Part shown: one piece after another, positions 53,201-61,628 of the stretch
Numbering within the stretch: position 1 is the stretch's first letter
How the letters are laid out: every line of letters starts with the position of its first letter
NCBI GenBank assembly: GCA_963675495.1
Contig: OY776215.1
Span: forward strand, 1,088,001 to 1,152,000
Direction of reading: 5' to 3'
From: an uncultured Methanolobus sp.
GTDB taxonomy: Archaea; Halobacteriota; Methanosarcinia; Methanosarcinales; Methanosarcinaceae
DNA length: 64,000 nucleotides
Program-made: the position numbers and the translations under genes
Notes under the pieces: model-generated
What the model was told of the DNA's origin: nothing
What the model saw: only the letters and a program-made list of their open reading frames with translations
Database searches by the model: none

Positions 53201-53584
53201 ATGGAACAAAATTTAGAACAAAACAAGAATAATGCAATTGCATTCTACAAGATGGCTTATGAAGGAAATCCCAGAAAGGCAACTGAACTATACGTAGGCA
53301 AAGAATACATTCAGCACAATCCATTGGTGGATGATGGAACTGAAGCATTCATCGAATATTTTGAAAGGATGCACGCTGACTACCCCGAGAAAAGCATCGA
53401 GTTTGTCAGAGCCGTAGCAGAAGGCAATCTGGTTGCCCTGCACACACATCAAATATGGCCAGATAACGAAGAATATGTTACAATAGACTTTTTCAGATTT
53501 GACGATAATGGGAAAATAGTCGAGCACTGGGACAGCATACAAATGATCCCCGAAGAATCTGCGAATGATAACGACATGTTCTAA
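53201..53584 (+). CDS. SnoaL/NTF2-like protein
   Basis: YIQHNP, AEGNLVALH, DFFRFDDNGKIVEHWD. Confidence 0.92.
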   Translation: MEQNLEQNKNNAIAFYKMAYEGNPRKATELYVGKEYIQHNPLVDDGTEAFIEYFERMHADYPEKSIEFVRAVAEGNLVALHTHQIWPDNEEYVTIDFFRFDDNGKIVEHWDSIQMIPEESANDNDMF

Positions 53585-53599
53585 GATACGGGTGGATGT

Positions 53600-53833
53600 T
53601 GATTGGGTTTTTTTAGAAAAGGAAAACTATTGGTTTTAGTGAGTCTGCTTATTTAGTTAAAAGGCAGGTTCTGAGGATGTTAAGCAGACGATATTGAGCA
53701 TATCTTATACTGAGTGGAAGAAAATGGGATTCTCAAAAGGCACATTGCATTATATGAAAAAAATGATGAAGCGGATAAGCCTTTTACTTTAAACTCTCAT
53801 GTTAGAGCAAGATTGGAGATGTGGGAGTGTTGA
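53600..53833 (+). pseudogene. cas1: C-terminal fragment of a casposase (Cas1-solo) gene
   Basis: Across two frameshifts reads KRKTIGFSESAYLVKRQ / SEDVKQTILSISYTEWKKMGFSKGTLHYMKK / NDEADKPFTLNSHVRARLEMWEC*, matching the recalled C-terminal HTH of Methanosarcina casposases. Confidence 0.85.
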
Positions 53834-53945
53834 ATTTTTAACAATTATTAGATGCGCATAACTATTTATTTTAACAGAATCTTAATTATTATGAAAAATT
53901 TATGATTCTTTCATCAATATAACATATTTGTATTTAGAGGTAAAA

Positions 53946-54971
53946 TTGAAAAACTTAATCAAACCATGTATCACTAAAAGTGATAAAGATTATAACAATA
54001 ACATAGTAGCTTTATACAATCGATTAAGTTTAGTTGTGATAATATGTGCTACATTAGTTGCATTGTTTTTACTAATAACTGCCATTTCATATAGAGATAT
54101 AATTATTGATTTTTTATCATTTTTTGAACAAGCAGATGTTATAAAAGTATATTTAAAAACTCAGTATGATTCTTTTTCATTAGAAAACATTGCTTCAATA
54201 ACTGCGGGACTTTTTTTGTACTTTTACTTTTTTGAATATATTAAAAAATCGAATATTTATTCATTTTTAGATTCAACAAAAGAAAGCAAATACTTTCAAT
54301 TTTTGTTTTCGCTCTTTGCATTCTTCAATTACACATTAGTCATATTTATTGTACTTTATTTGATTTTTGTAAAAAAGTCATATCTTGAAACTTTTGTTTT
54401 AGTTAGTTTATGGATAATTACAAAGTATATATTTATTGATCTTCTTCTTATCTACAAAAATATATTGTTCAATTATAATTCACTAATACAATTCAACTCA
54501 AAACAAAAATATTATACAAATTTGAAAATAAGAAAAGCATGCCAAGATATTATAAATGATGGTGGAATAAATTTTGAATTAAAAGATTTTATAACAAAAA
54601 ATAAAAATCAAATTTCTGATTACACAATGAAATTTATAATTTCATTCGTTTTCAGTCGCAAAAATCTATTATTGAAATCGGTGCTTTTTATTAGCATATT
54701 TACAGGCATACTAACTATAGTTTTTGAATTTAATATTTTATCTATAATTTATTTACAATTACATTTCATATTGTGGTATTTTGTTTTGAGTGCCACTTTT
54801 GGAGTACCAACTACATTACAAAATATCCACTTAATAAATGGGGAGAATATTTCTAATGTGTATATAGTTGAAAAATCCCCAAGTGGACATACTATAACTT
54901 TAGATTCACAAAACCGTACAAAAAAAGTGATGAACTCTTCTATACTTTTCATCGAAAACAAAACAAACTAG
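53946..54971 (+). CDS. Very AT-rich multi-pass membrane protein of unknown function
   Basis: About 340-codon open frame in very low-GC DNA; GAGGT SD then TTG; several TM segments and a short beta-rich C-terminus. Confidence 0.7.
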   Translation: MKNLIKPCITKSDKDYNNNIVALYNRLSLVVIICATLVALFLLITAISYRDIIIDFLSFFEQADVIKVYLKTQYDSFSLENIASITAGLFLYFYFFEYIKKSNIYSFLDSTKESKYFQFLFSLFAFFNYTLVIFIVLYLIFVKKSYLETFVLVSLWIITKYIFIDLLLIYKNILFNYNSLIQFNSKQKYYTNLKIRKACQDIINDGGINFELKDFITKNKNQISDYTMKFIISFVFSRKNLLLKSVLFISIFTGILTIVFEFNILSIIYLQLHFILWYFVLSATFGVPTTLQNIHLINGENISNVYIVEKSPSGHTITLDSQNRTKKVMNSSILFIENKTN

Positions 54972-55073
54972 TTGTTCATTGTGTCTACAAACACATACCC
55001 TTCTCGGAAGTATAAAAAGTATTCTTGAAAATATAGCGTACACTTTTTTCGCCTTGTATATATCCCAAAATAC

Positions 55074-55145
55074 TAATGCGACAGGTTTAATTCGAGCACT
55101 ATAGACCTTAGGAAAACAAACATAACACCCCTATAACCTAGCTGA
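55074..55145 (-). pseudogene. Degenerate tRNA-Leu copy
   Basis: 55074-55099 matches 55232-55257 at 19/26 positions at exactly the 158-bp array period; AACCTAGC anticodon-arm remnant near 55135-55142. Confidence 0.55.
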
Positions 55146-55231
55146 GTAAAAACCTCATAAAAAATATAACAAAAATACCAGCACAAACCGAAAAAGTAGC
55201 CACTGATCAAACAATTAACATAAAAAGAGTT

Positions 55232-55319
55232 TGGTGCGGGAGGTGTGATTCGAACACACGAACTCCTACGAGACTAGGCCCTCAACCTAGCGCCTTTGGC
55301 CTGGCTGGGCAACCCCCGC
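55232..55319 (-). tRNA. tRNA-Leu (GAG), copy 2
   Basis: CTAGG-TT-GAG-GG-CCTAG anticodon arm, long variable arm, encoded CCA. Confidence 0.97.
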
Positions 55320-55389
55320 ATAAGATTTGCTGATGGAATTGTCGATTTAAATGGAAGAACATTCACTGAAGATATACTGTTAAAGAGTT

Positions 55390-55477
55390 TGGTGCGGGAG
55401 GTGTGATTCGAACACACGAACTCCTACGAGACTAGGCCCTCAACCTAGCGCCTTTGGCCTGGCTGGGCAACCCCCGC
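55390..55477 (-). tRNA. tRNA-Leu (GAG), copy 1
   Basis: Identical to 55232-55319, 158 bp away, just downstream of rpoD. Confidence 0.97.
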
Positions 55478-55528
55478 ATCATGAAGGACATACTATAAAG
55501 ATAAGGAGAGAAAATCTCCTAAACCAAT

Positions 55529-56323
55529 TCAGAGAGACTCTAAAATCTGCCCCAACTGGCTGGCTTTCTTTTTAATAGTTGTTCCTGCATTTATAATTAA
55601 CTGTTGAACTGTGTATGAACCATCAGATTCCATAGTGAAAATGAAAGATCTTTCATCTTCGGACACAGTAATGGCATCAATTTCACAAGCTAATTCACAT
55701 TGTTTACAGAGTATGCATTTCAGATTATCGTCGCCAGTTATTTCTGCACCGTTTGGACCAAGATGAATAATGTCTTTTGGACATTCACTCACACATGCGC
55801 CACATTCGTCACAGTTCTCGAACTTAACGACTGGCATATTCTTGTAGCCACATGCCACACCAGCCTGCCATTTTGCATGATCGTAGCCATAGCCCATATG
55901 GGCGATCGCTTCAAGCACCACTTTCTGACCTTCCTTCAGATCAATGATAGGAATGTTTTGATCAGCAGCCTGAACTGTTTCATCAGATGACACAAGGTCA
56001 CCTGAATATACCATTTTCGGACCTTCTGCACTGAGAGTCAGAGATACCTTGCATGCAGGGCATTCTGAACCGCAGGTACACTCTTCAACAGGTACGAACT
56101 CCCCAATGTCTGTTGTCAAAGGAATAAGGCCAAGCCTTAAAGCTAATTGTTCGTCAAAGAGGACTGAAGTATTGTTGTAAATGTTTACATCATCTATAGC
56201 AAGAGTTGGTACATCAGAGAGCGATGCTCTCCTTATACCGTTAGCAAGAGCTGCACTTGCATCAGACAATATAAACTTTGCAGACCTCTCAGACAGCTCA
56301 AGTATGTCTACTTCCATTGTCAT
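55529..56323 (-). CDS. rpoD: RNA polymerase subunit D (Rpo3) with Fe-S domain
   Basis: ANGIRR...VPTLAID, NTSVLFDE.LALRLGLIPL, HAKWQ, CDECGACVSECP. Confidence 0.98.
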   Translation of the reverse strand: MTMEVDILELSERSAKFILSDASAALANGIRRASLSDVPTLAIDDVNIYNNTSVLFDEQLALRLGLIPLTTDIGEFVPVEECTCGSECPACKVSLTLSAEGPKMVYSGDLVSSDETVQAADQNIPIIDLKEGQKVVLEAIAHMGYGYDHAKWQAGVACGYKNMPVVKFENCDECGACVSECPKDIIHLGPNGAEITGDDNLKCILCKQCELACEIDAITVSEDERSFIFTMESDGSYTVQQLIINAGTTIKKKASQLGQILESL

Positions 56324-56345
56324 GAGTTCATATCCATTTATTGTT

Positions 56346-56732
<387 letters not shown>

Positions 56733-57293
56733 TTACTCCTCCTTTCCTACAACTGCTGAAGCAATCTGTGCTGGCCTTTCAGGATGTGATTCGCCAGTAA
56801 GTGGTGAATTGCCATAGTAGTCGATATTCATCTCTTCAGTATGAGAGATAAGCATGCCAGGAATCGTTACCTTCTGACCACCTATTGCAATGTGACCGTG
56901 TGTAATGAACTGCCTTGCCTGTCTAGGAGTTCTTGCAAGACCAAGCCTGTATACCTGAGTCTGCAACCTGCGCTCCAGAATCGTTTCAGTTTCAAGTGCA
57001 AGAATATCATCAATATTTGCATCAGCTGAAAGGATTGAATATCTCCTGAGTCTTGCGAGGATCTGGTCTGATTCAGTCTTAAGATGACCTGCAAGTTCTG
57101 TTTCCGCAGATTCTGCGAGAATTCTACGAGCATCTCCTCTGTATCTTCTAAGAATACTGACTGCCTTCCAAAGTTCCTTCTTGTTACGGAGACCGTATTT
57201 TTTAAGGAGTTCTACTTCAGTAGCCATCCTGGCTGCCTGCCAAGGATGTTGTGGAGTATCGTAACTCTTTCTTTTTTTACCTGGATATCCCAT
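56733..57293 (-). CDS. rps4: 30S ribosomal protein S4
   Basis: [27 protein letters not shown]. Confidence 0.99.
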   Translation of the reverse strand: MGYPGKKRKSYDTPQHPWQAARMATEVELLKKYGLRNKKELWKAVSILRRYRGDARRILAESAETELAGHLKTESDQILARLRRYSILSADANIDDILALETETILERRLQTQVYRLGLARTPRQARQFITHGHIAIGGQKVTIPGMLISHTEEMNIDYYGNSPLTGESHPERPAQIASAVVGKEE

Positions 57294-57306
57294 GAGATCA
57301 CCTTAT

Positions 57307-57753
57307 TTACTTCTTCTTGCTTACGCCAATGGTTGAGCCACGTCTTCCTGTGGACTTTGTTCTCTGACCTCTGACCTTAAGACCTCTTTCGTGCCTCAGA
57401 CCACGGTATGCTCTGACCTTCTTCAAGTTGTTTATGTCTTCTCTAAAGGTCATCATTATGTCCTGGCCCAAATGGTGTTTGTTTTCACCAGAAAGTGGGT
57501 CTGCACATCTGTTAAGCATCCAGGTTGGGATGTTCTTTTCGAAATCAGCGATAGCTGCATCGAGCTTTGCAACGTCTTCATCAGGAAGATAACCGATAAT
57601 TCCTTTCGGATTAACTCCTGTGCTTTCGACTATAATCTTTGAGGTTCTAAGCCCAATACCGCGAATACCTGTCAGCGCATACATTACAGGCTGACTACCC
57701 TGAAGGTCAGTATTCATGATACGGACTAAATGTCTTATTTCTTCATCTGCCAT
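57307..57753 (-). CDS. rps13: 30S ribosomal protein S13
   Basis: [28 protein letters not shown]; GGAGG SD then ATG 57753. Confidence 0.99.
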   Translation of the reverse strand: MADEEIRHLVRIMNTDLQGSQPVMYALTGIRGIGLRTSKIIVESTGVNPKGIIGYLPDEDVAKLDAAIADFEKNIPTWMLNRCADPLSGENKHHLGQDIMMTFREDINNLKKVRAYRGLRHERGLKVRGQRTKSTGRRGSTIGVSKKK

Positions 57754-57766
57754 TATTTTTTCCTCC

Positions 57767-57832
57767 TTAGGGACGCAAAGCGTCCTGTAGCCTCGAAACA
57801 AAGTTTCGACACACCCTGTAAAGGGCTAGGCA
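57767..57832 (-). promoter_or_regulatory. Structured 5' leader of the rps13-rps4-rps11-rpoD operon
   Basis: Stems TAGCC/GGCTA, CCCT-TTAC-AGGG, TCGAAAC-TTT-GTTTCGA and GGACGC-TTT-GCGTCC immediately before the SD. Confidence 0.6.
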
Positions 57833-58103
57833 ATTCTAAAGATTAATAGAATAATTTACCAGCATATACTATTTTTTTATTTGCACAATCCATGCAACAG
57901 AAAATAGCAATACAAGTGAACTCATCCTATAGACTAATTACATAAATACTTTCCTGTGAATTGAATTCAAAGACCATACATCAAAATCCCGCATCATGCC
58001 CTGAGATCAATGCAAATGCCTTTTTCGAGTAATTGTTTATAAAAAGACAAAACCACCATTCATGGTCAAAGCCTTCGTACTTTTACCTCTGTATAAATAG
58101 CAA

Positions 58104-58385
58104 TTATTTGAAAATCTCGCCAAGTCCCTTTTCCAGATCTTTGAGCATTTCTTTTTCCACATAATCAGCTATTTTTTTAGTTGTCGCTTTAGATGGATGC
58201 ACCTGATCCAAACTAGCGCCACAAAGAGGACATATTATGCATTCACCAAGCACCAGACCCTCATCAACGATATTGGAAAATACCACATTGATTTCGCTCT
58301 CACACTCGGGACATGTCACTAACGCGCTTCCATCGTCCTTTACATCCATATTTGATTTCAGATTGAATACTTTTTGATCATCCAT
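58104..58385 (-). CDS. Small zinc-ribbon protein
   Basis: CPEC...CIICPLC; AAGGTGA SD then ATG (MDDQKV). Confidence 0.75.
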   Translation of the reverse strand: MDDQKVFNLKSNMDVKDDGSALVTCPECESEINVVFSNIVDEGLVLGECIICPLCGASLDQVHPSKATTKKIADYVEKEMLKDLEKGLGEIFK

Positions 58386-58685
58386 CGTATCACCTTGTTC
58401 ACACACCCAGAAAAGAGTTTCTCAGGCTATTCCATCCATATTGTTGTGACTCAATTGATATAGCTACTTGAAAAAATCTTTGCAAATTTAGTCCATTGCA
58501 AAACATAAATTGAATAAAAATAATTACACCTTTTCTTTTTAGAATGACGTGTATCGCAAAGTCATTGCCAAGCATTAGTGAGCTTTGGCTGCAATTGTAC
58601 AAGACCCATAAATCGCACCTCGATCAATCCACACATATTTGGAATGAAACTTAGATCATAGTAATTAAAAATCAAAAAAGAATTA

Positions 58686-58771
58686 TGGCGCCGAGAGGGG
58701 GATTCGAACTCCCGAGGGGCTATGCCCCACAAGCTTTCCAGGCTTGCGCCCTACCGCTAGACTATCTCGGC
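58686..58771 (-). tRNA. tRNA-Ser (GGA)
   Basis: CAAGC-CT-GGA-AA-GCTTG anticodon arm, variable arm GGGGC-ATA-GCCCC, encoded CCA. Confidence 0.97.
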
Positions 58772-58779
58772 ACATGTGG

Positions 58780-59793
58780 TTATTTTGGCTTGCTGTGCCA
58801 ACCTTGCGGATAAGAGCCAGCATCCATTATTACTCTTTCGGTCGTAGCCACGATTCCATGCTCATTTTCAAGCATTTCCCCAGTATCCATAAGTGCAGTA
58901 CATAATGCCACCGCCTCCCCTTTTAAAGTGAAAAGACAAATATCATCACCTTTGTTGATATTTTTGTCAAGGCTTGATATACCAGGTGCTGCAATTGCCG
59001 CACCTCGACATACTGCGTCCACTGCACTATCGCGAATGATAACTTTAGGAAGATGCGCTAAACCTTCCTCCATAGGTCTGATAACCTGCCGTAAGAATGA
59101 TTCATCACCATCTTCCTGCAAGAAAACATAAGCATCTTTCAATTCATGGAGGGTTACCAACGTATCCTCCCTGAAAGGACCAGTCTTTGTCCTGCGAAGT
59201 TCCTGCATATGAGCACCACAGCCCAATGCAACACCAATGTCATGACATAACTTACGCATATAAGTACCAGCCTCACAGCCAACCCTCATGAGTACTGATT
59301 TCTCTCTTACATCAAGAACCTCAAGATAGTAGATCTTCCTCACACGGACCGCACGCTTAACAGCAGAGATGATTGGTGGCATCTGAAATATAGGTCCTGT
59401 AAATTGTTTACAAACTCTAAGGACCTTCCTCTCAGGGACATCTTCATGTAAAGTCATCAGGCAGATGTACTCCTTACCCGATAAACGAAGAGCAGCAACT
59501 GTCTTAGTAGCTTTGCCGAGCATAATCGGAAGTACACCGGTCACAATAGGATCAAGTGAACCGGAATGTCCGGCTTTTTTTAGCTCAAGGATATCCTTGA
59601 CCCAGGCTGTAACTTCATGACTTGTAGGACCTACTGGCTTGTCAAGATTGACAACACCCATCTCAATGTGCTGCCTGATAGGTCGGTCGTAAGGAGAACA
59701 GCCATAGAAAGGACTGGTTTTCGCTTCTGCCTTAAGCACTAATTCACGTTTATATTCCGAAGGTAAGATACCAGAATTCATATAACCCGCCAA
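58780..59793 (-). CDS. cbf5: H/ACA RNA-guided pseudouridine synthase Cbf5
   Basis: LDKPVGPTSHEV, GHSGSLDP, AGTYMRKLC, C-terminal PUA domain. Confidence 0.97.
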   Translation of the reverse strand: MAGYMNSGILPSEYKRELVLKAEAKTSPFYGCSPYDRPIRQHIEMGVVNLDKPVGPTSHEVTAWVKDILELKKAGHSGSLDPIVTGVLPIMLGKATKTVAALRLSGKEYICLMTLHEDVPERKVLRVCKQFTGPIFQMPPIISAVKRAVRVRKIYYLEVLDVREKSVLMRVGCEAGTYMRKLCHDIGVALGCGAHMQELRRTKTGPFREDTLVTLHELKDAYVFLQEDGDESFLRQVIRPMEEGLAHLPKVIIRDSAVDAVCRGAAIAAPGISSLDKNINKGDDICLFTLKGEAVALCTALMDTGEMLENEHGIVATTERVIMDAGSYPQGWHSKPK

Positions 59794-59796
59794 ATA

Positions 59797-60324
59797 TCAG
59801 AAATAAGAATTATTGTCGATCGCACAAGAAATAATATCGGTTATCTGAAATTGATCCCACTTCTCAGAATCAATCACTATATCATAAACCGAAAGATCGT
59901 TAATATCAATATCATAGATTGCTTTATACCGGATAGACTCTGACGCCTCACGTTCAATTGTTTCGCTGAGCTTGTCTTCAAAAGAACCATTTTCCCTTGC
60001 GACAATCCTCCCTACACGAACATCAACTGACGCCTTTATCCAGATCTTCATGGCCTTTTCAGCCATGTGACCTGCAAGTCTTCCTTCAAGAATAATATTA
60101 TCACGAGTATTAGCGATTTCCTTCTGACGTTCATCGATCTTAAGATCAATACTATCATCGGATTCAGCCAGCTCGCCAAACTCTGCCAGAGTCATATCGT
60201 ACTCTTTTGCAAGAGATCGAAAAACCTCCCCTGCAGAGATCATCTCAATATCATATTTTACAGAAAGTAACCGGGATACAGTGGTAGTACCACTTCCCGG
60301 AAGACCACTAATAGTCAGTAACAC
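59797..60324 (-). CDS. cmk: Cytidylate kinase, archaeal type
   Basis: ISGLPGSGTTT, SAGEVFR, LEGRLA; operon position. Confidence 0.95.
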   Translation of the reverse strand: MLLTISGLPGSGTTTVSRLLSVKYDIEMISAGEVFRSLAKEYDMTLAEFGELAESDDSIDLKIDERQKEIANTRDNIILEGRLAGHMAEKAMKIWIKASVDVRVGRIVARENGSFEDKLSETIEREASESIRYKAIYDIDINDLSVYDIVIDSEKWDQFQITDIISCAIDNNSYF

Positions 60325-60325
60325 T

Positions 60326-60946
60326 TTATACTCCACCAACATCCAGAGCCTTTCTGATCAACTGACTTACAGCCAGCGAGGCAATGAAGTACCAGAATAT
60401 CCAGTACTGGAAAGGACCCAATATCGTATCAGTCAATATTTGTTGTCCCCAGAAAGGAAATACAAAAGATGCGGCATCATGACTGCTGATGTAATAATAA
60501 GCCCACATGAACAATGGCAGGGATATTATACTGATGTATGCCATTGGCTTGAACTGTTGCTTTGACATCTCCATTTGATCCTGCATCATCTTTGAGCGCT
60601 CTTCTTCCATCTTCTTCATAAGAGCAGTGTTGTTGGAAAGCTGGGCTTCCCTAAACTCTTTCTGGAATACCTTCATCTTTTCCTGAGTATTACGCATCAA
60701 ATCCCAGTCAATTGTATATTTCTGAATGAGTGATGCATAAAGCGCAGTAATAGATGCCATAATGAATAAGACAATATGGAAATTACTTGCTCCCAGAAGT
60801 GTCACTACCGGATCCATGACAATACTTACAGATTTTCCAAGAGAATCTCTGAAATCCTGTCCAAGTATCATAATCCCCAGCATCAGGGAGATACCAAATG
60901 CCAGCAAAAATTTATCCAGCTGTTTCTTGAATGTTTCTGTAACCAA
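60326..60946 (-). CDS. DUF106 / EMC3-TMCO1 (Oxa1 superfamily) membrane protein
   Basis: Coiled coil followed by QFKPM, WIFWY; conserved position after secY-adk. Confidence 0.92.
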   Translation of the reverse strand: MVTETFKKQLDKFLLAFGISLMLGIMILGQDFRDSLGKSVSIVMDPVVTLLGASNFHIVLFIMASITALYASLIQKYTIDWDLMRNTQEKMKVFQKEFREAQLSNNTALMKKMEEERSKMMQDQMEMSKQQFKPMAYISIISLPLFMWAYYYISSHDAASFVFPFWGQQILTDTILGPFQYWIFWYFIASLAVSQLIRKALDVGGV

Positions 60947-60970
60947 GGGATAGCCTCTTTTGACTTGGGT

Positions 60971-61618
60971 TTATTTGTATTGGTCCATAATCTTACAGAT
61001 GTCAGCAAGAACAGAATCAACTAATCCTGCGCCATCCACATTAACAAGAAGCCCGGCATTGTCATAATAGTCGATCAAAGGTTTAGTTTTATCATTGTAA
61101 ACAGCAAGCCTCTGACGTATGACCTCTTCCTTGTCGTCATCTCTCTGGTAGAGTTCACTACCACATTCATTGCAAATGCCTTCCTTTTTTGGAGGATTGA
61201 ACATTACATGGTAGCTTTCACCACAGGTGCAACTGCGACGTCCACTGAGCCTTTTTACAAGTTCCTCATCGCTTACTTCCATATTGATAACAGCATCAAG
61301 AGGCTTGTTTATCTCATTGAGTATTCCTGTAAGCGCATCTGCCTGTGGAATGGTTCGTGGATAACCATCAAGAAGGTAACCAGTTTCACAGTCAGGCTCT
61401 ATTAACCTGTTTCTGATGAGTCCTATAAGGACCTCATCAGGGACAAGTTCGCCCTTATCCATGTATTCTTTTGCCTTGATACCAAGCTCAGTTCCATCCC
61501 GGACATTTGCCCTGAGGATGTCCCCTGTTGATATATGGGGAATAGTGTAATGTTTAGACAATTCTTTTGCCTGGGTGCCTTTGCCAGCACCCGGTGGGCC
61601 AAATAATGCAATATTCAT
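60971..61618 (-). CDS. adk: Adenylate kinase
   Basis: GPPGAGKGTQA, HISTGD, LDGYPR, Cys-containing lid, QRDDD. Confidence 0.98.
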   Translation of the reverse strand: MNIALFGPPGAGKGTQAKELSKHYTIPHISTGDILRANVRDGTELGIKAKEYMDKGELVPDEVLIGLIRNRLIEPDCETGYLLDGYPRTIPQADALTGILNEINKPLDAVINMEVSDEELVKRLSGRRSCTCGESYHVMFNPPKKEGICNECGSELYQRDDDKEEVIRQRLAVYNDKTKPLIDYYDNAGLLVNVDGAGLVDSVLADICKIMDQYK

Positions 61619-61628
61619 AATCAACACC

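Larger units (their letters stand above)
53600..55080. mobile_element. Remnant end of a casposon
   Basis: Casposase fragment, AT-rich cargo gene, TATATATCCC end at 55066 and 14-bp AAAATACTAATGCG next to a tRNA-Leu array. Confidence 0.7.

Noticed and set aside
40200-53600. Left terminal repeat or target duplication that would make the whole 40-55 kb island one casposon
   Set aside because: No GGGATATA end preceded by AAAATACTAATGCG was found by eye, and PolB and other casposon core genes are absent
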